A DNA stretch of 64,000 bases, taken from NCBI GenBank assembly GCA_947258565.1, contig CAMYJB010000024.1:7553-71552 (forward strand), given 5' to 3'. This DNA comes from an uncultured Woeseiaceae bacterium. Lineage in GTDB: Bacteria > Pseudomonadota > Gammaproteobacteria > Steroidobacterales > Woeseiaceae. Shown piece by piece: positions 38,125 to 46,606 of this stretch; within the stretch, counting starts at the first letter, position 1, and each line of letters starts with the position of its first letter. The notes under the pieces were generated by a model that was not told the origin of the DNA, searched no databases, and saw nothing but the letters and a program-made list of their open reading frames with translations. Made by a program: the position numbers and the translations under genes.

Positions 38125-38619
38125 CTAGAACGGGTTGACCGGGATGGTGACGACGTAGCTGGGCGGCGTATCGAGATCGGTGATACCGGGCTCCTCCCAG
38201 CTCACGGTGATGGTGTAGAGCGGCGGGACGACCGTGTCGTCGTAATTCACCGTCACGTCGCCGCCGCCGGTCGGCGCCGTGCCCGGCAGTGAGCCACCGG
38301 CCTGCTGCTTCCAGAGGAAGACATCATGCAGGGCCATGCCGGCCACATCGCAGTCCATGCCGGCACCCACGCAGCCGTTATCGGCGCCCGCGGGGTCGGT
38401 ATAGGAAATACCCGCGGTCGGATTCGCGCGGATGCGGTCCGCCACGTCGCCCGCCAGCGCGACGGCCTGGTGGCGGAACATCGACGTGCGTCCGGCCTGC
38501 AGGCTCTGTACATAGAGCCCGGCGATGCCGAGCATGCCCACCGACATGATGATCAGCGCGATCAGCACTTCGATAAGCGAGAAGCCCTGTTGTCTGTTCG
38601 ATAATTTCGGAAGTGGCAT
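38125..38619 (-). CDS. pilV: type IV pilus minor pilin PilV - module 2
   Basis: ATG 38619 (MPLPKLSNRQQG|FSLIEVLIALIIMSVGMLGIAGLY). The 248-aa upstream extension of ORF 38125-39363 is Arg/Gly/Pro-rich read-through over fimU-2 and was discarded. Confidence 0.8.
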   Translation of the reverse strand: MPLPKLSNRQQGFSLIEVLIALIIMSVGMLGIAGLYVQSLQAGRTSMFRHQAVALAGDVADRIRANPTAGISYTDPAGADNGCVGAGMDCDVAGMALHDVFLWKQQAGGSLPGTAPTGGGDVTVNYDDTVVPPLYTITVSWEEPGITDLDTPPSYVVTIPVNPF

Positions 38620-38654
38620 GGCGGTGATTCCCTGGATATCGTTTACACGCGCGA

Positions 38655-39254
38655 TCACGGGCAGGTTGCGCCCATCGCCGTCAATGCGTTGTCGATCAGC
38701 GCCAGGTCGCGCACGATCGTGGCGCGGCCGAGCGGCGTCGATACGAACAGCCGCGCCGCTGAATTGCCGCCCGCAGCCCTGACATTGCCGCGCTCGTCGC
38801 AAATCACGACCTGCGATACCGGCGGGTTGCCGCCCGTATCGAGCCGGCCGAGACCGCTCGGTGCGTACATGAAATAGGTGGCGCCGTTGGCAATCCGCAG
38901 CAGCACCCCGGCATCGGCCGGCGGATGCGTCCGGAGAATGGGCTCGCCCGCGTCTCGTAACTGGTCCGCGTTGTCGTCGATAAAGACGACATAACCCTGG
39001 TTCCAGGTGCCGTCGCAGGTAGCTGTGCCCGTCGGGTCTGCGCTGGCGCAGATCGTGACGTTGCTCTTGGCATGCGCAGCCTCCGTACGCGCCATAAGGA
39101 AGGCAGCGTGGAGGTCGTTGGCGGTACTGGTCATGCGGCTGTTCAGCGTGTAGTTCTGCAGGTTGGGGATGCCGAACGCCAGTATGGCCGCCACCACCAT
39201 CAGCGTGATCATGAGTTCGTAGAGCGTGAAGCCCAGCTGCCGTCGCCTGTCCAT
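38655..39254 (-). CDS. fimU: type IV pilus minor pilin FimU/GspH family - module 2
   Basis: ATG 39254. MDRRRQLG|FTLYELMITLMVVAAILAFGIPN. GspH-like body with Cys pair. Confidence 0.8.
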   Translation of the reverse strand: MDRRRQLGFTLYELMITLMVVAAILAFGIPNLQNYTLNSRMTSTANDLHAAFLMARTEAAHAKSNVTICASADPTGTATCDGTWNQGYVVFIDDNADQLRDAGEPILRTHPPADAGVLLRIANGATYFMYAPSGLGRLDTGGNPPVSQVVICDERGNVRAAGGNSAARLFVSTPLGRATIVRDLALIDNALTAMGATCP

Positions 39255-39352
39255 GCAAGCAATATATAGCGCCGGAACCCGCCGCTCCCGGGTATCCGAC
39301 AAGCGGTCGGCCATGGCCGACGAGCGGTGGTTTCCGGCGGCCCCGATTTAAC

Positions 39353-39886
39353 CTAATCCGCACAGGAATACGCGGTTCCCCGGGGCGTCCGCTCGGCGAC
39401 GCGTGGCCGCCCCGTGTAACTGACCACCAGCGCCCTCGGAGTCACGCGCCCGGCGCGATCGCAGACGACAAGCGTGCCGTTGGTGGCCCGGAGGAACGTC
39501 GCTCTGAGCGTGAATCCGCGCCTGTTGGCGGTGATCTTCAGGGATGGGTTCGCGAGGTGCCGGTACAGCAGGATTTCGCCGTCATCGAGGTCCGGCGGCT
39601 CGTCGCGGTCGGCGTTTTCGAACACCAGGAATCCGCCGGACCAGTCCCGGCCAGGGTTGCAGGACACGCCGTTCGTGGTGGGGCAGAGGGACACGAATTG
39701 CCTGCGCATGATGGAGCCCTTGCGAGCGAGATGCACGGCGTGAAACAGCGCATTGATCTCCACGCGCTGGGCGCTGCGGGCCTGCAGTGCCGAAAACGAG
39801 GGCAGGCCGAGCGTGACAATCATCGCGGCGACCGCGATGGTCAACAAGAGCTCGAGCAGCGAGTAGCCTTGGTCCCTGGCAGACAT
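39353..39886 (-). CDS. fimT: type IV pilus minor pilin FimT/GspH family - module 2
   Basis: ATG 39886 after AGGAA. MSARDQG|YSLLELLLTIAVAAMIVTLGLPSF. GspH-like body. Lies upstream of fimU-2. Confidence 0.75.
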   Translation of the reverse strand: MSARDQGYSLLELLLTIAVAAMIVTLGLPSFSALQARSAQRVEINALFHAVHLARKGSIMRRQFVSLCPTTNGVSCNPGRDWSGGFLVFENADRDEPPDLDDGEILLYRHLANPSLKITANRRGFTLRATFLRATNGTLVVCDRAGRVTPRALVVSYTGRPRVAERTPRGTAYSCAD

Positions 39887-40048
39887 TGCTGGTTTCCTTT
39901 CCGTTGCGGCAACATGGCACACCACACGCCGACCTGCAGCGAGTGAATCGGCCGGAAAGTGCCGGATTGGCCGGTCGATCGCCGCCACTGGTCATCGCTC
40001 GCGGTATTTGGTTTATACTCAGTCCAGATTCAACTTCCAGGGGTCCCC

Positions 40049-40453
40049 ATGTCGCGGTCCGACATCCTTGCATTGTTCGAGCAATTCGGCATTCTCCCAA
40101 CACCACAACGTCTGGAAGTTGCTGAAATTCTTCTGGAAAAGCCACAACACATGTCGGCGGACCAGATCATCGACCGGCTGCGTGAGGCTGGCAGCAGCGT
40201 GTCGAAAGCCACCGTGTACAACACGCTGAATCTCTTCGGCGAACGCGGCATCGTCAGGGAAGTGATGGTTGACCCGGTGCGCAAGTTCTACGATTCCACG
40301 ACGCACCCGCACCATCACTTCTACAACGTCGATACAGGCGAACTCCGCGACATCCCGGACGAGCAGGTCCGTTTCAGTGAATTGCCGCCGATGCCCGAGG
40401 GCACCCGGAGCGACAGCATCGAGGTGCTGATCCGGATCCGGGGCGAGGGCTGA
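40049..40453 (+). CDS. Fur-family transcriptional regulator, Irr-like
   Basis: ATG 40049. PTPQRLEVAEILL...HMSADQIIDRL...VSKATVYNTLNLF wHTH. THPHHHFYNVDTGELRDIPDEQV...PPMPEG...IEVLIRIR parallels the Irr HHH region as I recall it. No CxxC zinc pairs. Confidence 0.75.
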   Translation: MSRSDILALFEQFGILPTPQRLEVAEILLEKPQHMSADQIIDRLREAGSSVSKATVYNTLNLFGERGIVREVMVDPVRKFYDSTTHPHHHFYNVDTGELRDIPDEQVRFSELPPMPEGTRSDSIEVLIRIRGEG

Positions 40454-40524
40454 ATCGGGGCGAGAGCCCTGCGAGACTTCCCCATTCCGGTGCGTGCCGC
40501 TATACTGCGCGCCCTCGCCAGAGT

Positions 40525-40600
<76 letters not shown>

Positions 40601-40616
40601 TTTCGACCGACTCAAT

Positions 40617-40639
40617 AGCCCCCGCCGCGGGGCTTTTTT
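40617..40639 (+). terminator. rho-independent terminator after tRNA-Thr
   Basis: AGCCCC-cgccgc-GGGGCT-tttttt. Confidence 0.75.
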
Positions 40640-41045
40640 GCGTTCGAACGGCGTCACGGTGTCCGAATCGCGGCCTGCGTCACCTGCCGCGCACATGTGT
40701 CGCACGATGGCGACGGCGGCAAAAGTCAGATCTGCCAGACAGTTACGAAGCTTACATAATGCTGCCTCGCAGCAAACTGTCCCTTTTCTGAGACAAACGG
40801 TTAAAAAATTGCGTGCCCGGCGTCCCCCGGGGCCCGCATACCTTTGCGCTTCCCGGCCCAATTCCGAACTTGGCACGGGTCTTGCTTTATGTTTAGTCGT
40901 GGGACGGGTGGTCGACTTGGGCCGCTGCAAAGGGGCGTGATCACCGACTCACCGCCGCCACGGTGTTCAGCCCGGCGGATGCAGAAAAGATAACTGACTG
41001 AAACGCGGTCCGCAGCGTGCGGACTGCCTGGCCGATTGTTGTGGA

Positions 41046-41711
41046 ATGATAATTCAGGGACTACGAAAGCTTGCAGGCATACTCATAACGGCAACTCTCC
41101 TGAGCGGTTGCCTGGAATCCGCAGCACCGCCCGACGGGAGCGGCCTGGCCGCCGGTCAAGGCGGCAATAGCGCGCCCCGGATCAGCGGCGACCCTCAGTA
41201 CGTTGCCGTCATGAGCGAGGCGTACTCGTTTACGCCGGGTTCCTCTGATGACGACGGCGACCCGCTGAACTTCAGCATCCGTAACAAGCCTGCCTGGGCG
41301 GCATTCGACGCCGCCACGGGCCGCCTGCGGGGAATCCCGCAATTCGGCGACGTCGGCACCTATGTCGACATCGTAATCTCGGCGAGCGACGGCCGCGCGA
41401 CAGCCTCGTTGCCGCCCTTCTCGATTGCCGTGAGCCGGGACGAACTCGGCTCCGTTACCCTGGAGTGGGTGCCGCCGCAGGCCAACACGGATGGCTCGTA
41501 TGCCGGCGACCTCGCGGGTTACGTCATTTACTGGGGCACGGAGCCGGGCAATTACGAGCAGACCGTGCGGATCGACAACGTCGGCCTCACGGCCTATGTG
41601 CTGGATAGCCTGCGCCCGGCTACCTATTACTTTGCGGCGACGGCGTTCAATTCGGCTGGCATCGAGAGCGGTTTCTCCAACGAAGTGACGCGTTCCGTGG
41701 TGGTGAACTAG
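41046..41711 (+). CDS. lipoprotein with Ig-like (cadherin/dystroglycan-type) and fibronectin type III domains
   Basis: Lipobox LLSGC. Ig-like repeat ...YSFTPGSSDDDGDPLNFSIRNKPAWAAFDAATGRLRGIP...GTYVDIVISASDG. FN3-like VTLEWVPPQANTDGS...GYVIYWGTEPGNYEQ...YYFAATAFNSAGIES. Confidence 0.7.
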   Translation: MIIQGLRKLAGILITATLLSGCLESAAPPDGSGLAAGQGGNSAPRISGDPQYVAVMSEAYSFTPGSSDDDGDPLNFSIRNKPAWAAFDAATGRLRGIPQFGDVGTYVDIVISASDGRATASLPPFSIAVSRDELGSVTLEWVPPQANTDGSYAGDLAGYVIYWGTEPGNYEQTVRIDNVGLTAYVLDSLRPATYYFAATAFNSAGIESGFSNEVTRSVVVN

Positions 41712-41763
41712 ACCGCTTCCGGATAGCGCCTGTTAGGATAGGCGTCGTCATCCAGGAGGCCAA

Positions 41764-42816
41764 ATGAACTCTGCCATCCGTTTCGACCCGACCGGGTCAT
41801 TGCGTGCCGTATTGGTTGCGGCCCTGTTTGTCGCTCGAGTCGCGGACGCCGCGACGCTCGTCGTCGCCAACAAGGCGGAAGCCACGGTGTCGTTGATCGA
41901 ACTCGGGGAAGGTGCGGTGGTGGCCACCCTGCCGACCGGTGAGGGCCCCCACGAGGTCGGTATCTCGCCGGACGGCCGGTTCGCGCTCGTCACCAACTAC
42001 GGGACTCGCGAGCGCGGCGGCAACAGCCTGACGCTCATCGATATTGCGGCAGCCAGCGTGGTCAAGAACATTACGTTGGGCGACTACGGCAGGCCGCACG
42101 GTGTCGAGTGGCTGGATGACACGCAGGTGGCGGTCACGGCCGAAGCCAATAAGGCATTGATCGTCGTCGATGTCGAACGGGAGAAAGTCGTGCAGTCGAT
42201 TGGCACGGACCAGGAGATCTCGCACATGGTCGCCCTCGATGCCGAGCGTGGCCGTGCCTACACGGCGAACATCGGCTCAGGCTCGGTATCCGTCCTGGAC
42301 CTCGGCACGGGAGCGCGAGCCTCGAATATCGCTACCGGCGACGGCGCGGAGGGTATCGCGGTGTCGGCGTCCGGGGAATACATCTGGGTGACGAACCGGG
42401 CCGCTGACACGATTACGATTCTCGACGCCGACACGCTGCAACAGGCCGGCGAGATTGCGTCGGAAGGCTTCCCGATACGCGCGACCGCAACGCCCGGGGG
42501 GCAGGTGCTGGTTACGCGCGCCAGGGCAGGTGACCTGGCCATTTACAATGCGCGCACGTTCGAAGAACTTCGAGTCGTCGCGTTCGACCTGGAGAGCATG
42601 GACGTCGAGGAGCGCCTGTTCGGTGACCGCTTCGGCGACAGCTCGGTGCCTATTGGCGTAATCGTCGATTCCGCAGGCGACCGCGCCTGGGTCGCGCATG
42701 CGAACGCGGACGTTATCACCGAGGTCGATCTCGGCACCGGCGAAGTGGTCCGCACGCTGCGTGCGGGCAAGGAGCCCGACGGTATGGGTTTCTCGGAGCT
42801 TCCGGTCACACGCTGA
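41764..42816 (+). CDS. secreted YVTN/YNCE-type beta-propeller repeat protein
   Basis: Signal peptide, then repeated ~40-aa units (G.GPHEVGISPDGRFALVTN, AYTANIGSGSVSVLD, GAEGIAVSASGEYIWVTNRAADTITILD, AWVAHANADVITEVD). Confidence 0.75.
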   Translation: MNSAIRFDPTGSLRAVLVAALFVARVADAATLVVANKAEATVSLIELGEGAVVATLPTGEGPHEVGISPDGRFALVTNYGTRERGGNSLTLIDIAAASVVKNITLGDYGRPHGVEWLDDTQVAVTAEANKALIVVDVEREKVVQSIGTDQEISHMVALDAERGRAYTANIGSGSVSVLDLGTGARASNIATGDGAEGIAVSASGEYIWVTNRAADTITILDADTLQQAGEIASEGFPIRATATPGGQVLVTRARAGDLAIYNARTFEELRVVAFDLESMDVEERLFGDRFGDSSVPIGVIVDSAGDRAWVAHANADVITEVDLGTGEVVRTLRAGKEPDGMGFSELPVTR

Positions 42817-42849
42817 TCAGCCGGCGCCGGGGCGAATGGTTACGGCGAG

Positions 42850-43539
42850 CTAGTTGCGGCGCAGGTGATAGTCGAACGACGGCCGCATACTGCCGTAGCG
42901 GTTATTGATCCAGAGGATCAGCATACCCTCCACCCAGCGCGCATCGCGCAGCGGGCCGACGTCGATCGGCTCGAGGCCCATACCGGCGACGAGTTCGGCC
43001 ACCTTGTCCTTTGCGCGGCCATTGTCGCCCACGAGCGGGATCGAGACCGGCCCGCCGGCGGAATCCACGTCCACCATCGTTTTCCAGTTGAGGGTATTGA
43101 AGGCTTTGACGACATGGGCCCCGGGCGCGGCCGCCTGGATGATTTCCGCATTGGAGGTATCGACCGCGTGTTCCAGGCGATTCATGCGCCGCTCCAGCGG
43201 ATTGGTCGGATCGATGATGATCTTGCCCGAGAGGTCGCCGAGACTCTTCGTAATCTCCTCGACCAGCAGGCCCGGAACCGCGAGTACGACGATGTCCGCC
43301 TGTGCCGCGGCTTCGGCCGGGGTCGTGGCGGAGGCGAGATCGCCGGTCTTCTCCACCAGGTCCTTCACCTTGCCGCGCTCCGGATTGCGTGAACCGTAGA
43401 TGATTGTATGCCCCTGCCCGGCAAATTCCGGGCCGAGCGCGCCGCCAACGTCGCCGGTGCCAATGACGGCGATCGTGTCGGCGAGGGCGGGCGCTCCGGC
43501 GACCAGGAAAACGGCGGCGACTGCGAATCGAAAGGACAT
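42850..43539 (-). CDS. NADP-binding oxidoreductase (NADPH-dependent F420 reductase / P5C reductase-like fold) with N-terminal signal-like segment
   Basis: ATG 43539, 8 nt after GAGGAG. MSFRFAVAAVFLVAGAPALA followed directly by the Rossmann motif TIAVIGTGDVGGALG. Confidence 0.65.
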   Translation of the reverse strand: MSFRFAVAAVFLVAGAPALADTIAVIGTGDVGGALGPEFAGQGHTIIYGSRNPERGKVKDLVEKTGDLASATTPAEAAAQADIVVLAVPGLLVEEITKSLGDLSGKIIIDPTNPLERRMNRLEHAVDTSNAEIIQAAAPGAHVVKAFNTLNWKTMVDVDSAGGPVSIPLVGDNGRAKDKVAELVAGMGLEPIDVGPLRDARWVEGMLILWINNRYGSMRPSFDYHLRRN

Positions 43540-43599
43540 GGCGTGCACTCCTCGGCGGCAGAAATCGCGATTATACGCTGCGCCGGCAGATGACAGCGA

Positions 43600-44190
43600 T
43601 CAGTACCAGACGGCCATGTCGAATCCACGAGCGTCATAGACGGGTATGCTCGGCAGTCGCTCCGCGCGGCTCGTGGCGATTCGCTTTGCCGACCAGAGCA
43701 TCGCGAACGCGTCGAGGATGTCATGCCGGGACGCTTCGGCATGCCGGAACGCGGTCAGAGCCTGGTACAGGGCCTCGGACGGGTAGATGTCGCAAAGGTA
43801 GCTCAACTGATCACGAAAGCGTGGCCTGCGGCCGTCGCGCCTGTCCCCGGCCGTACCGCCCTGCAGCTCGAGGAAACTGAGGTGCGGATGCACCTCGTAC
43901 AGGAAATGAGCCGACCCCGGATTGGCTTTCATGAAGTCATGCACTTCGCGAATCTTCTCCGCAGGCCGCCGGTAGCGATCACGAATGCCGGGCTCTCCGT
44001 CGTCCGGCAGCTCGTGGTGCTCTGCGAGACTCAACGGTGCATCGACGGTTACGACCTCGTAGCGCTCCAGGCGCCGCATCGCCGCCTCGAAGCTCTCCGC
44101 TACGAACCAGCTCCAGGGACCCGGTAGCGGCGTTTCACGCAATACGAACCAGCCTGCCTTTGAACCTACAACGGCTGCGATTCTGCTCAT
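43600..44190 (-). CDS. DUF429-family protein (predicted RNase H-fold nuclease)
   Basis: ATG 44190 after GAGG. Pattern VVTVDAPLSL ... EVHPHLSF ... HDILDAFAMLWSAKR resembles DUF429. Motif-level call only. Confidence 0.5.
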   Translation of the reverse strand: MSRIAAVVGSKAGWFVLRETPLPGPWSWFVAESFEAAMRRLERYEVVTVDAPLSLAEHHELPDDGEPGIRDRYRRPAEKIREVHDFMKANPGSAHFLYEVHPHLSFLELQGGTAGDRRDGRRPRFRDQLSYLCDIYPSEALYQALTAFRHAEASRHDILDAFAMLWSAKRIATSRAERLPSIPVYDARGFDMAVWY

Positions 44191-44368
44191 CGTGCTTACC
44201 TCTCGATGGGTTTGGTCATGCACGTAGCATATTGGGGCCGTACGCGAGCGTATTGTCCGATCAGGTCAGCTTTCTGGCTCTCCAGGTCAACCTCTCAACG
44301 CCCGGCAGGTCTCGCTCTCGAGGTATTTCTGACACGATTTCGGGAGAGGAATTTACGGAGCGCCTATA

Positions 44369-44800
44369 ATGGAGACCATGAAGAATCTATATGCCGCAAT
44401 CGTCGTGCCCGGGCTGTTGTTGCTTGCCGGCTGCGCAGAAAAGGGAGACAACGTCTACCGGACATGGGTCGGGCCGGATCGATCCAACATGGCGATTGTC
44501 ACGCTCGAGCTTGGCGATGATGTCCGGGATGTGACCCTTCGCGAACGAACCTTGCCCCGGTCGGACTACGGGACGATCCTGCTGCTGCCCGGCTATTACG
44601 TGCTGCAGGAGAAGGATGGTCCGAGCATCGCGATCACCATTGACCCGGTACTCGTCAGTGTCGAGCGGGCAAGGGCCAACGGCGAACTGATCCTCGGCCA
44701 CACGTACACGCTGCAGGCCGGCAAGTCGAAGGAGTCAGGCGATCGCGCGCTGTGGATCGAGGATGCCCGCAGCGGCGAGGTATTCATCGATACGCGGTGA
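44369..44800 (+). CDS. hypothetical lipoprotein
   Basis: METMKNLYAAIVVPGLLLLAGC lipobox. No recognisable domain. Confidence 0.6.
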   Translation: METMKNLYAAIVVPGLLLLAGCAEKGDNVYRTWVGPDRSNMAIVTLELGDDVRDVTLRERTLPRSDYGTILLLPGYYVLQEKDGPSIAITIDPVLVSVERARANGELILGHTYTLQAGKSKESGDRALWIEDARSGEVFIDTR

Positions 44801-44867
44801 AGCCGTTGACCCCGATTATCGCTGCTGGGCGTTATATGTGAATGGCTTTATTGATTGGATTCTGCGA

Positions 44868-45341
44868 ATGAAAGAAATCTCCTGGATGCCTGTCCTGGTC
44901 CTGCTGCTCGGTGTCGCCGGATGTGCACCGGACGCGTCGGACGTTGCGGAGTCGCCCACAGAATCTGCAGCGCCGGCAAAGAACGTCAGGCCTGACGTGG
45001 CGCTGACGAACACCTATTGGAGGCTGATCGAACTGAACGGTGCGGCCGTGGGCCCGGGCGAGGGCAAGGAGCTGCACATGATCCTCAGAGGCGGGGACCA
45101 GGTCGGCGGTTACGCAGGCTGCAACCAGTTCACGGGCTCGATGAGCGTGACTGACGACGGGCTGTCTGTCGGGCCAATCGCGAGCACGCGGCGTATGTGC
45201 CAGGGGGTCATGGAGCAGGAGTCTGCGTTTCTGCAGGCGCTCGAAACCGCGCAACGCTATTCGATATCGGGCGAGGACCTGGCCATCGAGAACGCGAATG
45301 GCGAGGTCACGATGCGTTTTGTCGCCGTCTACATGGAGTGA
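44868..45341 (+). CDS. META-domain lipoprotein (HslJ-like)
   Basis: ATG 44868. MKEISWMPVLVLLLGVAGC lipobox. TYWRLIELNG ... GYAGCNQFTGS ... TRRMC motifs of the META/HslJ domain. Confidence 0.75.
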   Translation: MKEISWMPVLVLLLGVAGCAPDASDVAESPTESAAPAKNVRPDVALTNTYWRLIELNGAAVGPGEGKELHMILRGGDQVGGYAGCNQFTGSMSVTDDGLSVGPIASTRRMCQGVMEQESAFLQALETAQRYSISGEDLAIENANGEVTMRFVAVYME

Positions 45342-45357
45342 CCGTGCTCCACGGCGC

Positions 45358-46533
45358 TTACACGCCTTCTGCGGGATACGGGAAGTCCTGTGGAGCCGGC
45401 AGCCCCTCCTCGACCCAGCTGCGGATACCCGCATCGCAGAGGGCATAGCCCCAGTTGATCAGGCGCCGCTGCGTGACCGGGTCCTTCGCCTCGAGATCGG
45501 TACGGATGCTCGCGAGCTCCTGCGTCCTGTTGAACGGGCACGGGAGACTGTCCCTGACGGGGTATTTACGGACGTCGGTGCGCATGCTCCAGTAGGTGCC
45601 GTGGCGCTCGTGTTCCACGAACGACGTCAGCAGTATGCGCTTGCGCAGGCTGCGCACCTGATTGTTGATCGTCTTGACCACGCGATAGGTCTGCATGATC
45701 CACTCGCCGGGGACCTTCTTCTGCGCCGCCAGGTCGGCGCCGGCGTCGGAGCAGATTACGGTCTTGTAGTTCTTGAAGACGGTTTCGAGCCCGAGGTTGT
45801 CGTACACGCCGCCGTCGGTCAGCAGCGGACGCGTGGTGAAAGGCGGGCCCTGCAGGCCGTCGCCGCTACCCGGTGTGAAATCCTCATCGCGGTATCTGAA
45901 CCTGGCCGGCGACAGGAACGGCGGGAACGCCGACGACGCGCCGACGACTCTTGCGATCGTGTCGGCGGGTTTTTCGATACGGCCGACGCGCCAGTCCCGT
46001 GCGGCACGTTTCGAGAAACTCCACAGTGCACCGGACTGCAGGTTGGTGGTGTTGAAGACGAAGTCCGGCGAATTGGGCAAGTCCTGTAGCGTCAGGTCGC
46101 CGAACAGCCGCTTGCGGTAGATGCGCATTACGCGCTTGTTGACTGTGCTGAAGATGGCCGCGGGCAGCCCAGAGAGGATGGTCACCGTCGAGCGGTTCGC
46201 AAATTCCTGCACCGGTGCGGCGACGTGCTCGCGAAACCTCTCGGAAACCCCCGGCGAATCGACGTCCAGCTTGTGCCAGGCCAGCCCGAGTACGCCGGCC
46301 GTGATCGAGCCGCCGGAGACCGACGAGACGCGCTGCAGCGAACCGAGTTCGCCGTGCTTGCCCCAGCGATGTTCCGTACCCAGGTAGCCGAGTTCGGCAA
46401 GCCGCCAGACGACGCCGAGATGAAACAGCATCGCGCGGTAGCCGCCTCCCGAAAGGCACAGGCCGATGCCCTTCCTGAGAATCGGCTCCATGGGTGCTTC
46501 GGTACTGACCGGTGTTAGATCGAAGTCCGTCAT
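45358..46533 (-). CDS. patatin-like phospholipase
   Basis: Oxyanion GLCLSGGGYRAM, nucleophile elbow SSVSGGS, and later DGGVYDNLG (catalytic Asp). Confidence 0.85.
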   Translation of the reverse strand: MTDFDLTPVSTEAPMEPILRKGIGLCLSGGGYRAMLFHLGVVWRLAELGYLGTEHRWGKHGELGSLQRVSSVSGGSITAGVLGLAWHKLDVDSPGVSERFREHVAAPVQEFANRSTVTILSGLPAAIFSTVNKRVMRIYRKRLFGDLTLQDLPNSPDFVFNTTNLQSGALWSFSKRAARDWRVGRIEKPADTIARVVGASSAFPPFLSPARFRYRDEDFTPGSGDGLQGPPFTTRPLLTDGGVYDNLGLETVFKNYKTVICSDAGADLAAQKKVPGEWIMQTYRVVKTINNQVRSLRKRILLTSFVEHERHGTYWSMRTDVRKYPVRDSLPCPFNRTQELASIRTDLEAKDPVTQRRLINWGYALCDAGIRSWVEEGLPAPQDFPYPAEGV

Positions 46534-46554
46534 GGTGAAGCCGTATTATGGACC

Positions 46555-46591
46555 AAAAAAAACGGGCCCTCGACGAGGGCCCGTTTCGTTT
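46555..46591 (-). terminator. rho-independent terminator after the TonB-dependent receptor gene
   Basis: Minus strand reads aaacgaaaCGGGCCC-tcgtcga-GGGCCCGtttttttt. Confidence 0.8.
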
Positions 46592-46606
46592 GCCAGTGGT
46601 GACGCG

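Noticed and set aside
38620-39363. N-terminal 248-aa extension of ORF 38125-39363, which would make a 412-aa PilV.
   Set aside because: The extension runs out of frame across fimU-2 and is Arg/Gly/Pro-rich. A canonical prepilin leader begins at ATG 38619.
45358-46533. Patatin-like phospholipase as a possible CBASS-type or other defence effector.
   Set aside because: No cyclase, nucleotidyltransferase, sensor or other partner gene is adjacent. Its neighbours are a META lipoprotein and a TonB-receptor terminator. It reads as a stand-alone lipase.
40601-46533. Block downstream of tRNA-Thr as a genomic island: 445 bp non-coding, then Ig/FN3 lipoprotein, beta-propeller, oxidoreductase, DUF429, lipoproteins and patatin.
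   Set aside because: There is no integrase and no repeat of the tRNA-Thr 3' end that I could find. There is no obvious compositional break. Accessory-looking content alone does not justify calling an island.
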